Positions 1 through 9,074 of a DNA stretch of 64,000 bases are shown here, piece by piece (the first letter of the stretch is position 1; the number at the start of each line of letters is the position of its first letter). The DNA lies in assembly GCA_965204115.1 (NCBI GenBank), contig OZ241963.1:377548-441547 (forward strand), written 5' to 3'. The position numbers and the translations under genes were made by a program. The notes below the pieces were generated by a model. The model had not been told where the DNA came from. It worked only from the letters and a program-made list of their open reading frames with translations, and searched no databases. Source of the stretch: Minisyncoccota bacterium (lineage in GTDB: Bacteria; Patescibacteriota; Minisyncoccia; Phycocordibacterales; JABAAK01).

Positions 1-2180
1 CTGACGGCCTGTTTCACATTTTTACTGATGATACTTCTCGTTCGATCGCTCCTCGGATCCCATTTTGCAATGTCGGAGCCTCCTTTTTCAAAGGCGAACG
101 CGAATGCCATAAATGCCTCCTCCATGATGTTTGCCCACAGTATCTGTATCGGGTGTATCGGCAGTGCTGCGCTTGCCAGTAAGCCGCCTGCCACCAGGAT
201 TGCTTCGCTGAGTGAGGTTGATAACAGGTAGATCAGGATTTTTTTCAGATTTCTTATAATTTTCTTCCCTTCAAGTATGGAGGCGGTGATGGTGGAGAAT
301 GAGTTTTTGAGCAGAATGAGGTCTGATGCCTCTTTTGCCACATCGGTTCCGGACGCTACGGCGATACCGATGGATGCTCGGTGCAGTGACGGCGCGTCGT
401 TGACCCCATCACCCGTCATGGCAACCACCTCTTTTTTATCCAGCAGCACGCGCAACAGGCGTGATTTTTGATTTGGCTCCATGCGCGCGAATACCCGCAC
501 CGTCTGTGCTTTTGTGAACAGGTCTTCATCTGTCATGCCTTCTATATCTTTTCCGGTCAGTGTTTCTTTTGAGTCACCTCCTTTGATGATGCCGGCTTTC
601 TCCGCTATGTGCAGCGCGGTGTGTTGATTGTCGCCGGTTACCATGGTGAGTGTCACATGGGAGTCGCGCATTTGCTGTATTGCATCCGGTACATCGGAGC
701 GGACGGTGTCCTCTAACGATAGGAGTGCCAGGAATACGATGCTTTGCTCTTCCTGCTCCATCGCTTTCTTTCGCTGCTCTGCTGTGTCCTTGATGCTTTC
801 TATATCAACATTCACCTCGGTGGAGCCGATGGCGATGACCCGCCGCCCCTTTCCTGCTTCTTCGGCGAGCATGGTGTGCAGTTTTTCTTTATCCGCGTTA
901 GTTAATGCTGTTACCCTCCCTTGCTTATACACCCGCTCTGATTGCTCCAGCACCACCTCCGGCGCGCCGACGGTATAGTAGCGCTGCTCTCCGCTTTGCT
1001 CCTTTGTGACCGCGGAGGAGCATTTTTTTACGGCGTTGAACGGGATGTAGACGACCCGCTTGTCCCGGCTCGGCACTTCTGTACACACTTCCTCACATGC
1101 CCGCACGAGTGATTGCTCAATGGCTGTCCCGCTGAAGACGGTTTCGTCCGGATCTGCGTCGTCGTCGATCTCGCGGTTGAGCCGTTTGCCGTCTGTCGCT
1201 AAGTATGCGTTGTGTACAATTCCCCGTCCGAATGGTGAGATTGTTTCATCTGAGACCTTTTCCCGCTGGTCAGCGTAGAGTATTTCAGTTAACACCATAT
1301 TGCCGTTAGTGAGGGTGCCGGTTTTATCCATCAGTATCCACGAGGTGCCGCCGAGTGTTTCAGCAGCGAGCATATTTCGTATGAGTCCGTTGTTTTTGAG
1401 TACTGACTGCATGCCCAGAACTAATACCACCGTAATCGCTGCCGGCAAGCCGGAAGGAATACCGGCGATCGCCACGGCGATGGCGGTGATCATCACCTCA
1501 GTAACCGGTATGCCCTGCAGTATCCCTATCCCGATGATCAGTGCTACTGCCAAGAATACCAACCCCATAATCCATCGCGCCAATTTTTTAATCTGCTGCT
1601 GCAGCGGCGTCTCCGCCTCTTCTTCGTACAGTTCTTTTGCGATACCGCCGACTGCGGTGCGCTCGCCGGTATTTACCACAACCCCGCTGCCGGTTCCGGT
1701 GATCACGGTCGTCCCCTTCCATGCCATGTTCACCTGCTCTGCAAGCATTTTTTTGTTGGCGAGTGTTACGACCTCTTTGTTCACCGGTGCCCACTCTCCG
1801 GTTAATATTGCCTCGTTGACTTGCAGATTGTTTTCGCGCAGGATTCGCACATCAGCGGGAATCTTTGACCCCGCCTTAAAAAAGATGATGTCCCCCGGCA
1901 CTAAATTGTTTACCGTAATTTCTATCTGCTTTCCGTCGCGCAGTACCAACGCATATTGCCGATCTATGTGGCGCAGCAAATCAAACGCCCGCGACACCTT
2001 GCCCTCCTGTAGCAGGGCAATTGTCATATTGATCACCAGCACTGCCAGAATGATGTGTGCATCCACCGTATAGCTAATGCTGTAGAGAACGATGCTTGAT
2101 AGCAGGAGGATGAGTACGATCGGGTTTTTAATCTGCGCTATAATTCGTCGCAACCATACGAAACGCTTTTTGCGCTGCAT
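1..2180 (-). CDS. P2-type cation-transporting P-type ATPase (SERCA/PMCA-like), 3' end beyond window
   Basis: Minus-strand translation from ATG (rc of 2178-2180) gives MQRKKRF... with DKTGTLT phosphorylation motif (rc of ~1310-1340), IPSGLPA TM4 motif (P2-type, not the CPC motif of copper P1B pumps), and GDGVNDAPSL hinge; reading frame runs off position 1 with no stop. Confidence 0.85.
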   Translation of the reverse strand, partial: MQRKKRFVWLRRIIAQIKNPIVLILLLSSIVLYSISYTVDAHIILAVLVINMTIALLQEGKVSRAFDLLRHIDRQYALVLRDGKQIEITVNNLVPGDIIFFKAGSKIPADVRILRENNLQVNEAILTGEWAPVNKEVVTLANKKMLAEQVNMAWKGTTVITGTGSGVVVNTGERTAVGGIAKELYEEEAETPLQQQIKKLARWIMGLVFLAVALIIGIGILQGIPVTEVMITAIAVAIAGIPSGLPAAITVVLVLGMQSVLKNNGLIRNMLAAETLGGTSWILMDKTGTLTNGNMVLTEILYADQREKVSDETISPFGRGIVHNAYLATDGKRLNREIDDDADPDETVFSGTAIEQSLVRACEEVCTEVPSRDKRVVYIPFNAVKKCSSAVTKEQSGEQRYYTVGAPEVVLEQSERVYKQGRVTALTNADKEKLHTMLAEEAGKGRRVIAIGSTEVNVDIESIKDTAEQRKKAMEQEEQSIVFLALLSLEDTVRSDVPDAIQQMRDSHVTLTMVTGDNQHTALHIAEKAGIIKGGDSKETLTGKDIEGMTDEDLFTKAQTVRVFARMEPNQKSRLLRVLLDKKEVVAMTGDGVNDAPSLHRASIGIAVASGTDVAKEASDLILLKNSFSTITASILEGKKIIRNLKKILIYLLSTSLSEAILVAGGLLASAALPIHPIQILWANIMEEAFMAFAFAFEKGGSDIAKWDPRSDRTRSIISKNVKQAV

Positions 2181-2427
2181 GGTGTTTTCGCCATATTTTC
2201 CCAGCCGTGTGTCCGCCTCGCGTTGAGTCAGACCTTTCAAAGAAGTCCGCAACACTCCCAACACTTCACTCTCTGAGTGTTCTGAGAAATGTCCGGCCTG
2301 TGAAGAGATATCTTTACCTGTACGCAATACTGGTTCCACTTTTAGTAGTATACAATATGCACTGCTTGATGAAATGCACTGCCTGCCGACACGGTATACT
2401 ATGGGTATGCCAATGACATGGTGTCCT

Positions 2428-2517
2428 GGAGAGGTGGCTGAGTGGTCGAAGGCGCTCCCCTGCTAAGGGAGTAAGGGATTAAAACTCCCTTCGAGGGTTC
2501 GAATCCCTCCCTCTCCG
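2428..2517 (+). tRNA. tRNA-Ser (anticodon GCT), long variable arm
   Basis: Manual cloverleaf: acceptor GGAGAGG/CCTCTCC, anticodon stem CTCCC/GGGAG with loop CTGCTAA, long variable arm, T-arm GAGGGTTCGAATCCCTC. Confidence 0.8.
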
Positions 2518-2523
2518 CAACGA

Positions 2524-2541
2524 GAAAATACTTGTATTTTC
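2524..2541 (+). terminator. Short hairpin GAAAATAC-TT-GTATTTTC immediately after tRNA-Ser
   Basis: Perfect 8-bp inverted repeat with 2-nt loop seen directly in sequence; a near-identical hairpin recurs at 9464-9477. Confidence 0.4.
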
Positions 2542-2545
2542 TTGT

Positions 2546-2640
2546 GGAGAGGGAGCAGTGCAATTGAATTTGCCCTGCGAGTATTCTTAGCGAACGAAGT
2601 GATCTTAGAAACTTGACGCCGAATCCCTCCCTCTCCGCAG
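2546..2640 (+). repeat. Degenerate tRNA-Ser-like element: starts GGAGAGGG and ends with an exact copy of the tRNA-Ser(GCT) 3' end (GAATCCCTCCCTCTCCGCA); inverted-repeat partner at 9484-9560
   Basis: 5' end mimics acceptor 5' strand, last 20 nt identical to tRNA 3' end, but no T-stem 5' strand (GACGCC replaces GAGGGTTC), so not a functional tRNA. 2584-2640 is ~93% identical to rc of 9484-9540. Confidence 0.7.
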
Positions 2641-2678
2641 TTAAAAGATGTTTGTGTGTCTGAAAGGGTGGTTTTTGA

Positions 2679-3167
2679 TCACAGAATCAGCAATATCGCT
2701 GCTGCTGCCATACCAAAATTTTCTGTTACTGAAATAGATGTCAGCGGGACTTTCAGAACAGTGCCGAGGCAGGCGCATTGAATATCTGACTGTTTTCTCA
2801 TAGCGAGTATTACACCGGTGCCGCTGAAAATCATCAGTGCCGCCTCTGTCCACAGTAGCCAATCAGGGTGAAATCCCGCGAGCATGACGAGACCGAACGC
2901 AATCTCAAGAAACGGATACACATATCCGTAATCCCGCCAACGCATTGCCAATATATCGTATGTCGCGTACCCTTCAACGAACCCTTTCAAGTTAATAAGT
3001 TTGAAGCCGCCGAACACAAGAAAGAATCCCACCATAGCATGTAGTAGAAATGTGTCTATGCTGCCATCACTGGTTATACCCGCGGATACCCCAATGAGGG
3101 TGAGTGTAACAATGAGCGGTAGGTAGCTTCTTCCTGTGTGCTGTTGTGTGTGTTCTTTGTGCTTCAT
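2679..3167 (-). CDS. MauE/DoxX-family integral membrane protein
   Basis: 162-aa ORF with about four hydrophobic helices, resembling methylamine-utilisation MauE/DoxX thiol-oxidoreductase-associated membrane proteins; sits directly upstream of the multicopper oxidase on the same strand. Confidence 0.5.
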   Translation of the reverse strand: MKHKEHTQQHTGRSYLPLIVTLTLIGVSAGITSDGSIDTFLLHAMVGFFLVFGGFKLINLKGFVEGYATYDILAMRWRDYGYVYPFLEIAFGLVMLAGFHPDWLLWTEAALMIFSGTGVILAMRKQSDIQCACLGTVLKVPLTSISVTENFGMAAAAILLIL

Positions 3168-3171
3168 AAAA

Positions 3172-4599
3172 TTATTGAACGATGACAGAGGTCATCATAC
3201 CGGCATCGGCATGTTCTGTGATGTGGCAGTGGTTCATCCAGATTCCCCGGTCAAGCGGTATCAGGCCGATGTCTACCGTTTCTTTTGAGCTGACAAGGAC
3301 AGTGTCTCTAAAATACTGCTCGCTGACCGGCTGCCCGTTGCGGGAAATAACCTTGAAAAACTGTCCGTGCAGGTGCATTGGGTGTAAACGAAATGATTTA
3401 TTTGTGAAACGAATTTTATTAAACTCTGCGTGTTTTAGTATCACCGGATCATGTTCCGAAAATACTTTGTCATTCATAGTCCACTCAATATCCCCTGAGG
3501 CGGAGGTTCGCGCGTCAAGGATGTACTCTTCGTCAATAGGCGCTTCTGTAGCATCTGACCAGTCCGGCACCTGCGGGTTTGTAGGGTGTGAAAATGTCGG
3601 TGTTTCCACTGCCTCCCCTTCAGCAGTAATAGTTCCGAGTGTGTTTGTGTACGATGTGAAGAAATCACGCACGACAAACGACTTTCCGTTCGCATCGTTC
3701 GGAATGGTGATATCAACATCTATTCTATTACCCGGGGCGAGTGCAAATCCGTCCGCGTTGAAGATCTCCTTGACATACATGCCATCAACGGCGATGACAT
3801 TCGCCTGCAAACTGCTGAAGTGCGGCTTATATACCCGACCGTTTGAGGCATTGATGAGGCGGAGACGAATTCTCTCCCCGGGTCTGACTGACAGAACCTC
3901 TTCTGTTGACCCATTGACCGTGATGACATTCCCCCACCTGCCGTCGTGTGCAAGGTCGTGTCGTGTGACAAAGTGTGGGCTAATCTGATAGCTTTCCTCA
4001 AGCAGCCAGTCGTCAATAACCCACACAATGTCCTGCGAATACTGTTCAACATATTCATCTTCCACAACAACAGTTCCGTACAACCCCCGCTCCATTTGCT
4101 CACTGGTGTTTTTGTGCGGATGAAACCAAAATGTTCCTGCGTCTTTCGGGGTGAATATATACACGAATGAATTACCCGGCTGTACTGCTTCCTGTGTGAC
4201 ATCCGGCACGCCGTCCATTTCGTTCGGCACACGAATGCCGTGAAAGTGTATGGTGCTCTCCTGCGGCAGATTATTCACGAAAGTAAGGCGTAATGTGTCC
4301 CCTTTTTGTATCCGTATTTCCGGCCCCGGAACCGTGCCGTTGTAACTCCACACTGCCGTTGTATGTCCTTCAAAAATCTCTACTGCACTCTCTTCGGCAA
4401 TTACTGTCACCTCCACGATGGTGCCGCCCTGCTCCGCTGTTTCAGTGTATGCCCCTGCAAATTCCTCGGCAAAAGATGTCTTCAGTGAGATGCTGCTTGT
4501 GATGTCAATGCTTCCTGATAGCAGGCATGCAAGGAAAATGAGGGCTGCAACGCACACCACACCAACTGTTGTTTTGTTTTTGGATAGCGCACGGTTCAT
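3172..4599 (-). CDS. Multicopper oxidase (CueO/laccase-like), secreted
   Basis: 475 aa with N-terminal signal/TM region and the four copper-ligand motifs HFHGIRVP, WFHPHKN, HPMHLHG and HCHITEHADAGMM. Confidence 0.85.
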   Translation of the reverse strand: MNRALSKNKTTVGVVCVAALIFLACLLSGSIDITSSISLKTSFAEEFAGAYTETAEQGGTIVEVTVIAEESAVEIFEGHTTAVWSYNGTVPGPEIRIQKGDTLRLTFVNNLPQESTIHFHGIRVPNEMDGVPDVTQEAVQPGNSFVYIFTPKDAGTFWFHPHKNTSEQMERGLYGTVVVEDEYVEQYSQDIVWVIDDWLLEESYQISPHFVTRHDLAHDGRWGNVITVNGSTEEVLSVRPGERIRLRLINASNGRVYKPHFSSLQANVIAVDGMYVKEIFNADGFALAPGNRIDVDITIPNDANGKSFVVRDFFTSYTNTLGTITAEGEAVETPTFSHPTNPQVPDWSDATEAPIDEEYILDARTSASGDIEWTMNDKVFSEHDPVILKHAEFNKIRFTNKSFRLHPMHLHGQFFKVISRNGQPVSEQYFRDTVLVSSKETVDIGLIPLDRGIWMNHCHITEHADAGMMTSVIVQ

Positions 4600-4684
4600 T
4601 GTATTATTAGTATATATGGTAACAGAATGCGGGGTTCTCTTGCGGCACCTTATGTAATAGCGGAGTAGACGCTGCTGGGCATAT

Positions 4685-4705
4685 CCCCCCTCCTCCTCTC
4701 CGCAA
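4685..4705 (+). repeat. Third copy of the tRNA-Ser 3'-end core (CCTCTCCGCAA) in the oxidase/spondin divergent intergenic region
   Basis: 11-12 nt identical to the last nucleotides of tRNA-Ser(GCT), preceded by a C/T-rich tract; chance expectation for a specific 11-mer in this window is ~0.03. Confidence 0.35.
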
Positions 4706-4759
4706 TTTTACACAGTCACAAATAAAAACAACACTGCGTGGCGTATAGTAAGTGTAAAT

Positions 4760-5488
4760 ATGGGCGTAGGGAAAAAACATGTACTCATCATAGTGATAGT
4801 CGGGGCTATCATTGTGTCTATTGTCATGTCGTCAAACTCGTCGGTAACAGAAAACCCGGTGCCGCAAGAAGATGCAGTTATAGATATCACACCGGAAAAT
4901 GAAACAGTGCCGATTGCGACAGAGCAAAATGAAAGGGTGTATACCGTTCGCATGCGCTCATCATGGAGTAAAGATTCGCATCCGAATTTTCATCCCGACG
5001 GATCGCACCTGTCTCCCATGATTGCATGGTCACACACATTTGAAGATACACTATTCAAATCAGGAGCTGTTGCCAGTGAAGGGATGGAGATAATGGCGGA
5101 AACCGGAGCGCCGACAGTAATCACAGAAGAAATAAAGGCACTGATTGCGAAAGGAAGTATTCTTGACTATGGTGTCGGATCGGTGTTTTTCACACCCGGA
5201 GAAGAAGAAGTGCAGGTGAGGGTTTCACCAAGCACACCGTATATAACGGTGGTAAGTATGATTGCACCAAGCCCCGACTGGTTTGTTTCCGCGCGTAATG
5301 TAAAACTCTATGACCAAGGGAAGTGGGTGGAACAAACGAGCATCCCGGCGCCGCTCTACGATGCAGGAACGGACGACGGAGAGGAGTTTACCTCGGCAGA
5401 CAAAGATACACAGCCGAAACAGCCGATTGGGAGATTTGCAGGAGCGCCTTCTGCCTCCATCGTCATTTTTGAATTTATAAGTAATTAA
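4760..5488 (+). CDS. Secreted Spondin_N-domain protein
   Basis: Signal/TM N-terminus, then motifs typical of bacterial spondin-N homologs (SSWSKDSHPNFHPDGSH, MIAPSPDWFVSARN, DAGTDDGEEF). Confidence 0.6.
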   Translation: MGVGKKHVLIIVIVGAIIVSIVMSSNSSVTENPVPQEDAVIDITPENETVPIATEQNERVYTVRMRSSWSKDSHPNFHPDGSHLSPMIAWSHTFEDTLFKSGAVASEGMEIMAETGAPTVITEEIKALIAKGSILDYGVGSVFFTPGEEEVQVRVSPSTPYITVVSMIAPSPDWFVSARNVKLYDQGKWVEQTSIPAPLYDAGTDDGEEFTSADKDTQPKQPIGRFAGAPSASIVIFEFISN

Positions 5489-5499
5489 CTTTCTTCTTT

Positions 5500-5973
5500 A
5501 TGAAAAAAACTGTGGCCATTGTTATTTTAGGAATCATCATCGTTGCGGGCATCGGCTATGCGGCGAGTGTTGGTTCACCTGAAAATGATACAGCGCTTGA
5601 AATATACCCTGACGATGTGACCACCGCCCCGACTGCAGATACCTCACCAAACTCAACAGGCGGCGAATATGTGAACTACAGTGACTCTCTTGTGCAGCAG
5701 ATGCTTGCTGACGGGAAGCGGGTTGTTTTATTCTTCCATGCGGCGTGGTGTCCGACCTGTAATTTGGCAGACAGAAGAATACAAGAAGCGGCACACCAGA
5801 TACCATCTGATGTTGCCATCTTTAGGGTTGATTACGATCGCGAAAAAGCGTTAGTGGATGCGTATGGTGTTTTGTATCAACACACATTCGTGCAGCTTAC
5901 CGAAGGTGGGTCTCTGGTAACCAAGTTCCAAGGCAGCAGCACACTGCCGGCAATACTTGCCAATATACAATAG
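5500..5973 (+). CDS. Membrane-anchored thioredoxin-like protein (TlpA/ResA-like), WCPTC active site
   Basis: 157 aa, N-terminal TM helix, FFHAAWCPTC thioredoxin motif. Confidence 0.8.
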   Translation: MKKTVAIVILGIIIVAGIGYAASVGSPENDTALEIYPDDVTTAPTADTSPNSTGGEYVNYSDSLVQQMLADGKRVVLFFHAAWCPTCNLADRRIQEAAHQIPSDVAIFRVDYDREKALVDAYGVLYQHTFVQLTEGGSLVTKFQGSSTLPAILANIQ

Positions 5974-5978
5974 GAATT

Positions 5979-6725
5979 ATGTTTGGCCTTCTTTTCATTT
6001 CTTTTATTGCAGGCATCTTAACAGTATTTGTTCCCTGTATTTTCCCGCTTATCCCTGTTGTTATTGGTGGCTCTGTTTCCGGTACCGAGCGGAATTCATA
6101 TACTATTATCGGCTCGTTGGTTGTTGCCATTGTCCTTTTTACGGTTGTTATCAAAACTTCTTCCGATGCGCTTGGCGTGCCGACTGAATTTTGGACCTAT
6201 GTTTCCGGTGTGCTGGTTGCCCTGGTCGGGCTTACTTTTGTATTCCCCTCTATGTGGTCTAAGGTTCCCTTAGTGTCTCGGCTTTACAAAAACAGTAACT
6301 CTCTTCTTTCCCGAGGACACCGAAAGTCCGGTACCGTCGGTGATATCATCATCGGCTCTGCGCTGGCACCCGTATTCACCTCCTGCAGCCCCACATACCT
6401 CCTCATACTTGCTGTTATCTTACCGAACAGCTTACTACAGGGAGGTGCTTATTTGCTCGCTTACGCGCTTGGTGTCGGCACCATCCTCTTATTTATATCA
6501 CTCATCGGACAAAGTATTATTCAAAAATTCGGCTGGCTGTCAGACGGTAATAACACATTCAGAAAAATCATCGGCGTCATCATCCTTATCGTCGGCATTA
6601 TGCTCGTTACCGGATATGACAAGGTTTTTGCGGCCTGGATTTTAGACATCGGTTTCATAGACTTCATCGGTGCTGAAGAAACCCTCTTAGAATCTGTAAT
6701 GGACAAACAGGTTACTTCGCAATAG
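5979..6725 (+). CDS. ccdA: CcdA/DsbD-family thiol-disulfide transporter
   Basis: 248 aa polytopic membrane protein with the two conserved Cys-containing segments VFVPCIFPLIPV and FTSCSPTYLL. Confidence 0.8.
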   Translation: MFGLLFISFIAGILTVFVPCIFPLIPVVIGGSVSGTERNSYTIIGSLVVAIVLFTVVIKTSSDALGVPTEFWTYVSGVLVALVGLTFVFPSMWSKVPLVSRLYKNSNSLLSRGHRKSGTVGDIIIGSALAPVFTSCSPTYLLILAVILPNSLLQGGAYLLAYALGVGTILLFISLIGQSIIQKFGWLSDGNNTFRKIIGVIILIVGIMLVTGYDKVFAAWILDIGFIDFIGAEETLLESVMDKQVTSQ

Positions 6726-6736
6726 TGGTGAGAATA

Positions 6737-8185
6737 CTACATCAAAAGAAAGTACTCAAGCGGTATTTTAATAGTGTTATTTTCGGAATCCAGTGATACC
6801 GTGGAGGTGTTATCTACAACAACACTGAACGCTGGATTTGCCCGTTTTGCCGTTTGCTTTACCTGTCTCAAATTTTTACCGCCGGCACTAACCTCAATAA
6901 CGATATTCTTCCCTCCAAAATTAACTACGAAATCAGCACCACCCTCCTTGGCGTCGTAAGTCAGGGTGACATCTGGGGTTTCAGGAGACACATTTACACG
7001 GTGTAGCGTAAGTCCAACTATATCTTCTAACAATTTTCCGTACATTACTTCGGGAGATAGAGTGCTCCCTCCTTTTTTAAAAATTGCCGAGCGAAATACC
7101 GGAGCGATAAACAGAAACTTTGACCTTTGTCGCACTTGGGCGTTGTGTGATGCTGTGTACGCCGGAATGTGCTGTAACATTCCTGCACCCACAAAAGCGT
7201 CAAATAAATTTTTCGTTGTGTGTCGACTGAGATTCAGTGCGTTCTTCCCGAGTGACTCATAACTAATCTGATCTGCAGATGCGAGTAAATATAGTACCGT
7301 TGGTGCTTTCTTAATGGTGCCTATCTTAAAGTTGGATGTTTGTGTTATATCTTCCCCAATGATGCGGTCAAGTATCCTGTTGCAGGAGTTAAACGCTTCT
7401 TCAGGTTGTTTTAGAAGCATGGATGGCAGTGAGCCCATTTTTATATATTTTTTTACTTCGCTTGGGTCAATGGAAGCGTAGTATTTTTTTATTTCACTTT
7501 CCAGAGAAGTGATTTTGTGATACACCTCATCTGCATCCACACTTTCAAAAAATGCTGTGCGTATTTGTTTTTGTATGCCTGCATGCAGTGGCTTTTTGTT
7601 CTTTAGTGTCATATACTCAGTGAAACTGAGTGGCAACATTTTTACAGACTCTTCCCTGCGCACTATATCGTTGTTCTCACTTAAATGCAGCGCGGAGGAT
7701 CCGGTTACATATATAAAAACTTTTCGCTTGGCACGATCATACACATCCTTGAGTGTGATGCCCCATTTTTTGTCATACTGTGCTTCGTCTATGAAGAGAA
7801 TCAATGGTTTTTCACGATTTTCAAAAGCACTGCCGGATATCTCCTCGTACACACGCAGCACATCGAACAGAGACACATTAAATAGCTCCGTGATTCTGTC
7901 CACTGATAAAAACAAAGTGTCGACCTCTTTGCGTGTCATTTCAGAAAGAATCTGCATAAGCATGGTTGTTTTTCCGACACCGCGCAATCCGGTTACGATG
8001 CACCAAGAGTATGTCATATTACCGCCTAAAAAATCGTCTGCGTACGCTTTTACCTGGGTGAAAATGTCTCGCTTTGGGTATTGATTGCCGGAAGGGTCCG
8101 TTGTGTACTGCTCCGCTACAGCACTTGTGTTTGCCATCTGTTCCCGCAAAAAAACCTCTATTTTTTCCCTTGTTTCTATATTCAT
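6737..8185 (-). CDS. AAA+ ATPase (AAA_14/DUF4143 family)
   Basis: Walker A GLRGVGKTT, Walker B ILFIDEAQY. The ORF track starts at 8260, but those first 25 codons are encoded by the palindromic repeat cluster; likely true start is MNIETREK at 8185. Confidence 0.75.
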   Translation of the reverse strand: MNIETREKIEVFLREQMANTSAVAEQYTTDPSGNQYPKRDIFTQVKAYADDFLGGNMTYSWCIVTGLRGVGKTTMLMQILSEMTRKEVDTLFLSVDRITELFNVSLFDVLRVYEEISGSAFENREKPLILFIDEAQYDKKWGITLKDVYDRAKRKVFIYVTGSSALHLSENNDIVRREESVKMLPLSFTEYMTLKNKKPLHAGIQKQIRTAFFESVDADEVYHKITSLESEIKKYYASIDPSEVKKYIKMGSLPSMLLKQPEEAFNSCNRILDRIIGEDITQTSNFKIGTIKKAPTVLYLLASADQISYESLGKNALNLSRHTTKNLFDAFVGAGMLQHIPAYTASHNAQVRQRSKFLFIAPVFRSAIFKKGGSTLSPEVMYGKLLEDIVGLTLHRVNVSPETPDVTLTYDAKEGGADFVVNFGGKNIVIEVSAGGKNLRQVKQTAKRANPAFSVVVDNTSTVSLDSENNTIKIPLEYFLLM

Positions 8186-8345
8186 ACTTCTATTGAAATA
8201 TACAAGGAACAGGTATTCCTTGTATAGTGTAGTATACAAGGAATTAGTATTTCTTGTCAAGTGTAGTATACAAGGAATGAAATTTGGAAAAATATGCTTT
8301 TAAATAAGGGTATTTTTGTGAATTCCTTGTATAGTGGTTTTATAA
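8186..8345. repeat. Cluster of 5-6 copies of 11-mer TATACAAGGAA in both orientations (e.g. TTCCTTGTATAGTGTAGTATACAAGGAA)
   Basis: Seen at ~8209, 8225, 8242, 8275, 8321, 8341; lies between the bcp stop and the ATPase start, so likely operator or decayed miniature repeat. Confidence 0.6.
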
Positions 8346-8801
8346 GGAACCTATGAGGGCAAGTACTTGCTGTGCATGCCCTTGCGCTTTGACCGTTTTC
8401 CAATGCTTGAGGATGGTGCCGCTTTCATCTACCAATACCGTACTGCGGACGATGCCCATTGATTTTTTGCCGAAATTGTTCTTTTCCCGCCATGCGCCGT
8501 ACGCCTCAATCATTTCGCCATTTTCATCACTGAGCAAGTCAATACCAAACCCATGCTTATCACAAAACTTCTTGTGTGAGGTGACAGAATCTTTCGAAAT
8601 ACCGAATACAACGGTGTTTTGTTTTTCAAATTCCTTACGCAACGCCGAAAACTCCAATCCCTCAGTTGTACACCCCGGCGTGTCGTCTTTCGGATAGAAG
8701 TACAGTACTACCCGCTTCCCTGCCAGATCAGCAAGTGAAACCATCTCACCGTCCTGGTTTTCCAACGAAAATGCCGGCGCCTTTTGCCCTTCCATACTCA
8801 T
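8340..8801 (-). CDS. bcp: Peroxiredoxin Bcp (thiol peroxidase)
   Basis: Core aligns to Bcp (FSLENQDGEMVSL..VVLYFYPKDDTPGCTTE). The ORF track extends to 8942, but that 47-aa extension (twice TRNATSVS) is encoded by REP-like palindromes; start placed at MSMEGQ. Confidence 0.8.
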   Translation of the reverse strand: MSMEGQKAPAFSLENQDGEMVSLADLAGKRVVLYFYPKDDTPGCTTEGLEFSALRKEFEKQNTVVFGISKDSVTSHKKFCDKHGFGIDLLSDENGEMIEAYGAWREKNNFGKKSMGIVRSTVLVDESGTILKHWKTVKAQGHAQQVLALIGSL

Positions 8802-8822
8802 TACTGACAGTGTAGCACAGGA

Positions 8823-8853
8823 GCAACGCGACACGGATGTCGCGTTGCGAGTA
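8823..8853. repeat. REP-like 31-bp palindromic element GCAACGCGACACGGATGTCGCGTTGCGAGTA (copy A)
   Basis: Stem CAACGCGACA / TGTCGCGTTG with 4-nt loop. Partial second copy at 8884-8907, exact reverse-complement copy at 12673-12703. Confidence 0.75.
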
Positions 8854-8883
8854 AGATGCGGCTGCCAAGTCGCACAATAAAAT

Positions 8884-8907
8884 GACACGGATGTCGCGTT
8901 GCGAGTA
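8884..8907. repeat. REP-like palindromic element, partial copy B
   Basis: GACACGGATGTCGCGTTGCGAGTA, identical to the 3' 24 nt of copy A. Confidence 0.65.
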
Positions 8908-8983
8908 GGCGCAAATTGAATTTTGCGCCGCGAGGCAGGCATATTTCCCGTGGCGACCTCTCTCTTGTGTTACAATCCTAATA

Positions 8984-9055
8984 CTCCTCGTAGTTCAACG
9001 GATAGAACGCGGGCTTGCGGAGCCCGTAATGCAGGTTCGATTCCTGCCGAGGAGG
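8984..9055 (+). tRNA. tRNA-Arg (anticodon GCG by manual fold)
   Basis: Acceptor CTCCTCG/CGAGGAG, D-arm GTTC-AACGGATA-GAAC, anticodon stem CGGGC/GCCCG with loop TTGCGGA, T-arm GCAGG-TTCGATT-CCTGC. Confidence 0.6.
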
Positions 9056-9074
9056 CTTGGGAGTAATACAGTGT

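Noticed and set aside
28-2073. Plus-strand ORFs (28..231, 628..978, 1300..2073)
   Set aside because: They lie antisense within the P-type ATPase gene, whose DKTGTLT and GDGVNDAP motifs are unambiguous.
1-2180. Copper-exporting P1B ATPase, suggested by the nearby multicopper oxidase
   Set aside because: The TM4 motif is IPSGLPA (P2-type) rather than CPC, and no N-terminal metal-binding domain is present.
8186-8260. N-terminal extension of the AAA+ ATPase ORF
   Set aside because: Encoded by the TATACAAGGAA repeat cluster; the conserved start is MNIETREK.
8802-8942. N-terminal extension of bcp
   Set aside because: Encoded by two REP-like palindromes; the conserved Bcp alignment begins at MSMEGQ.
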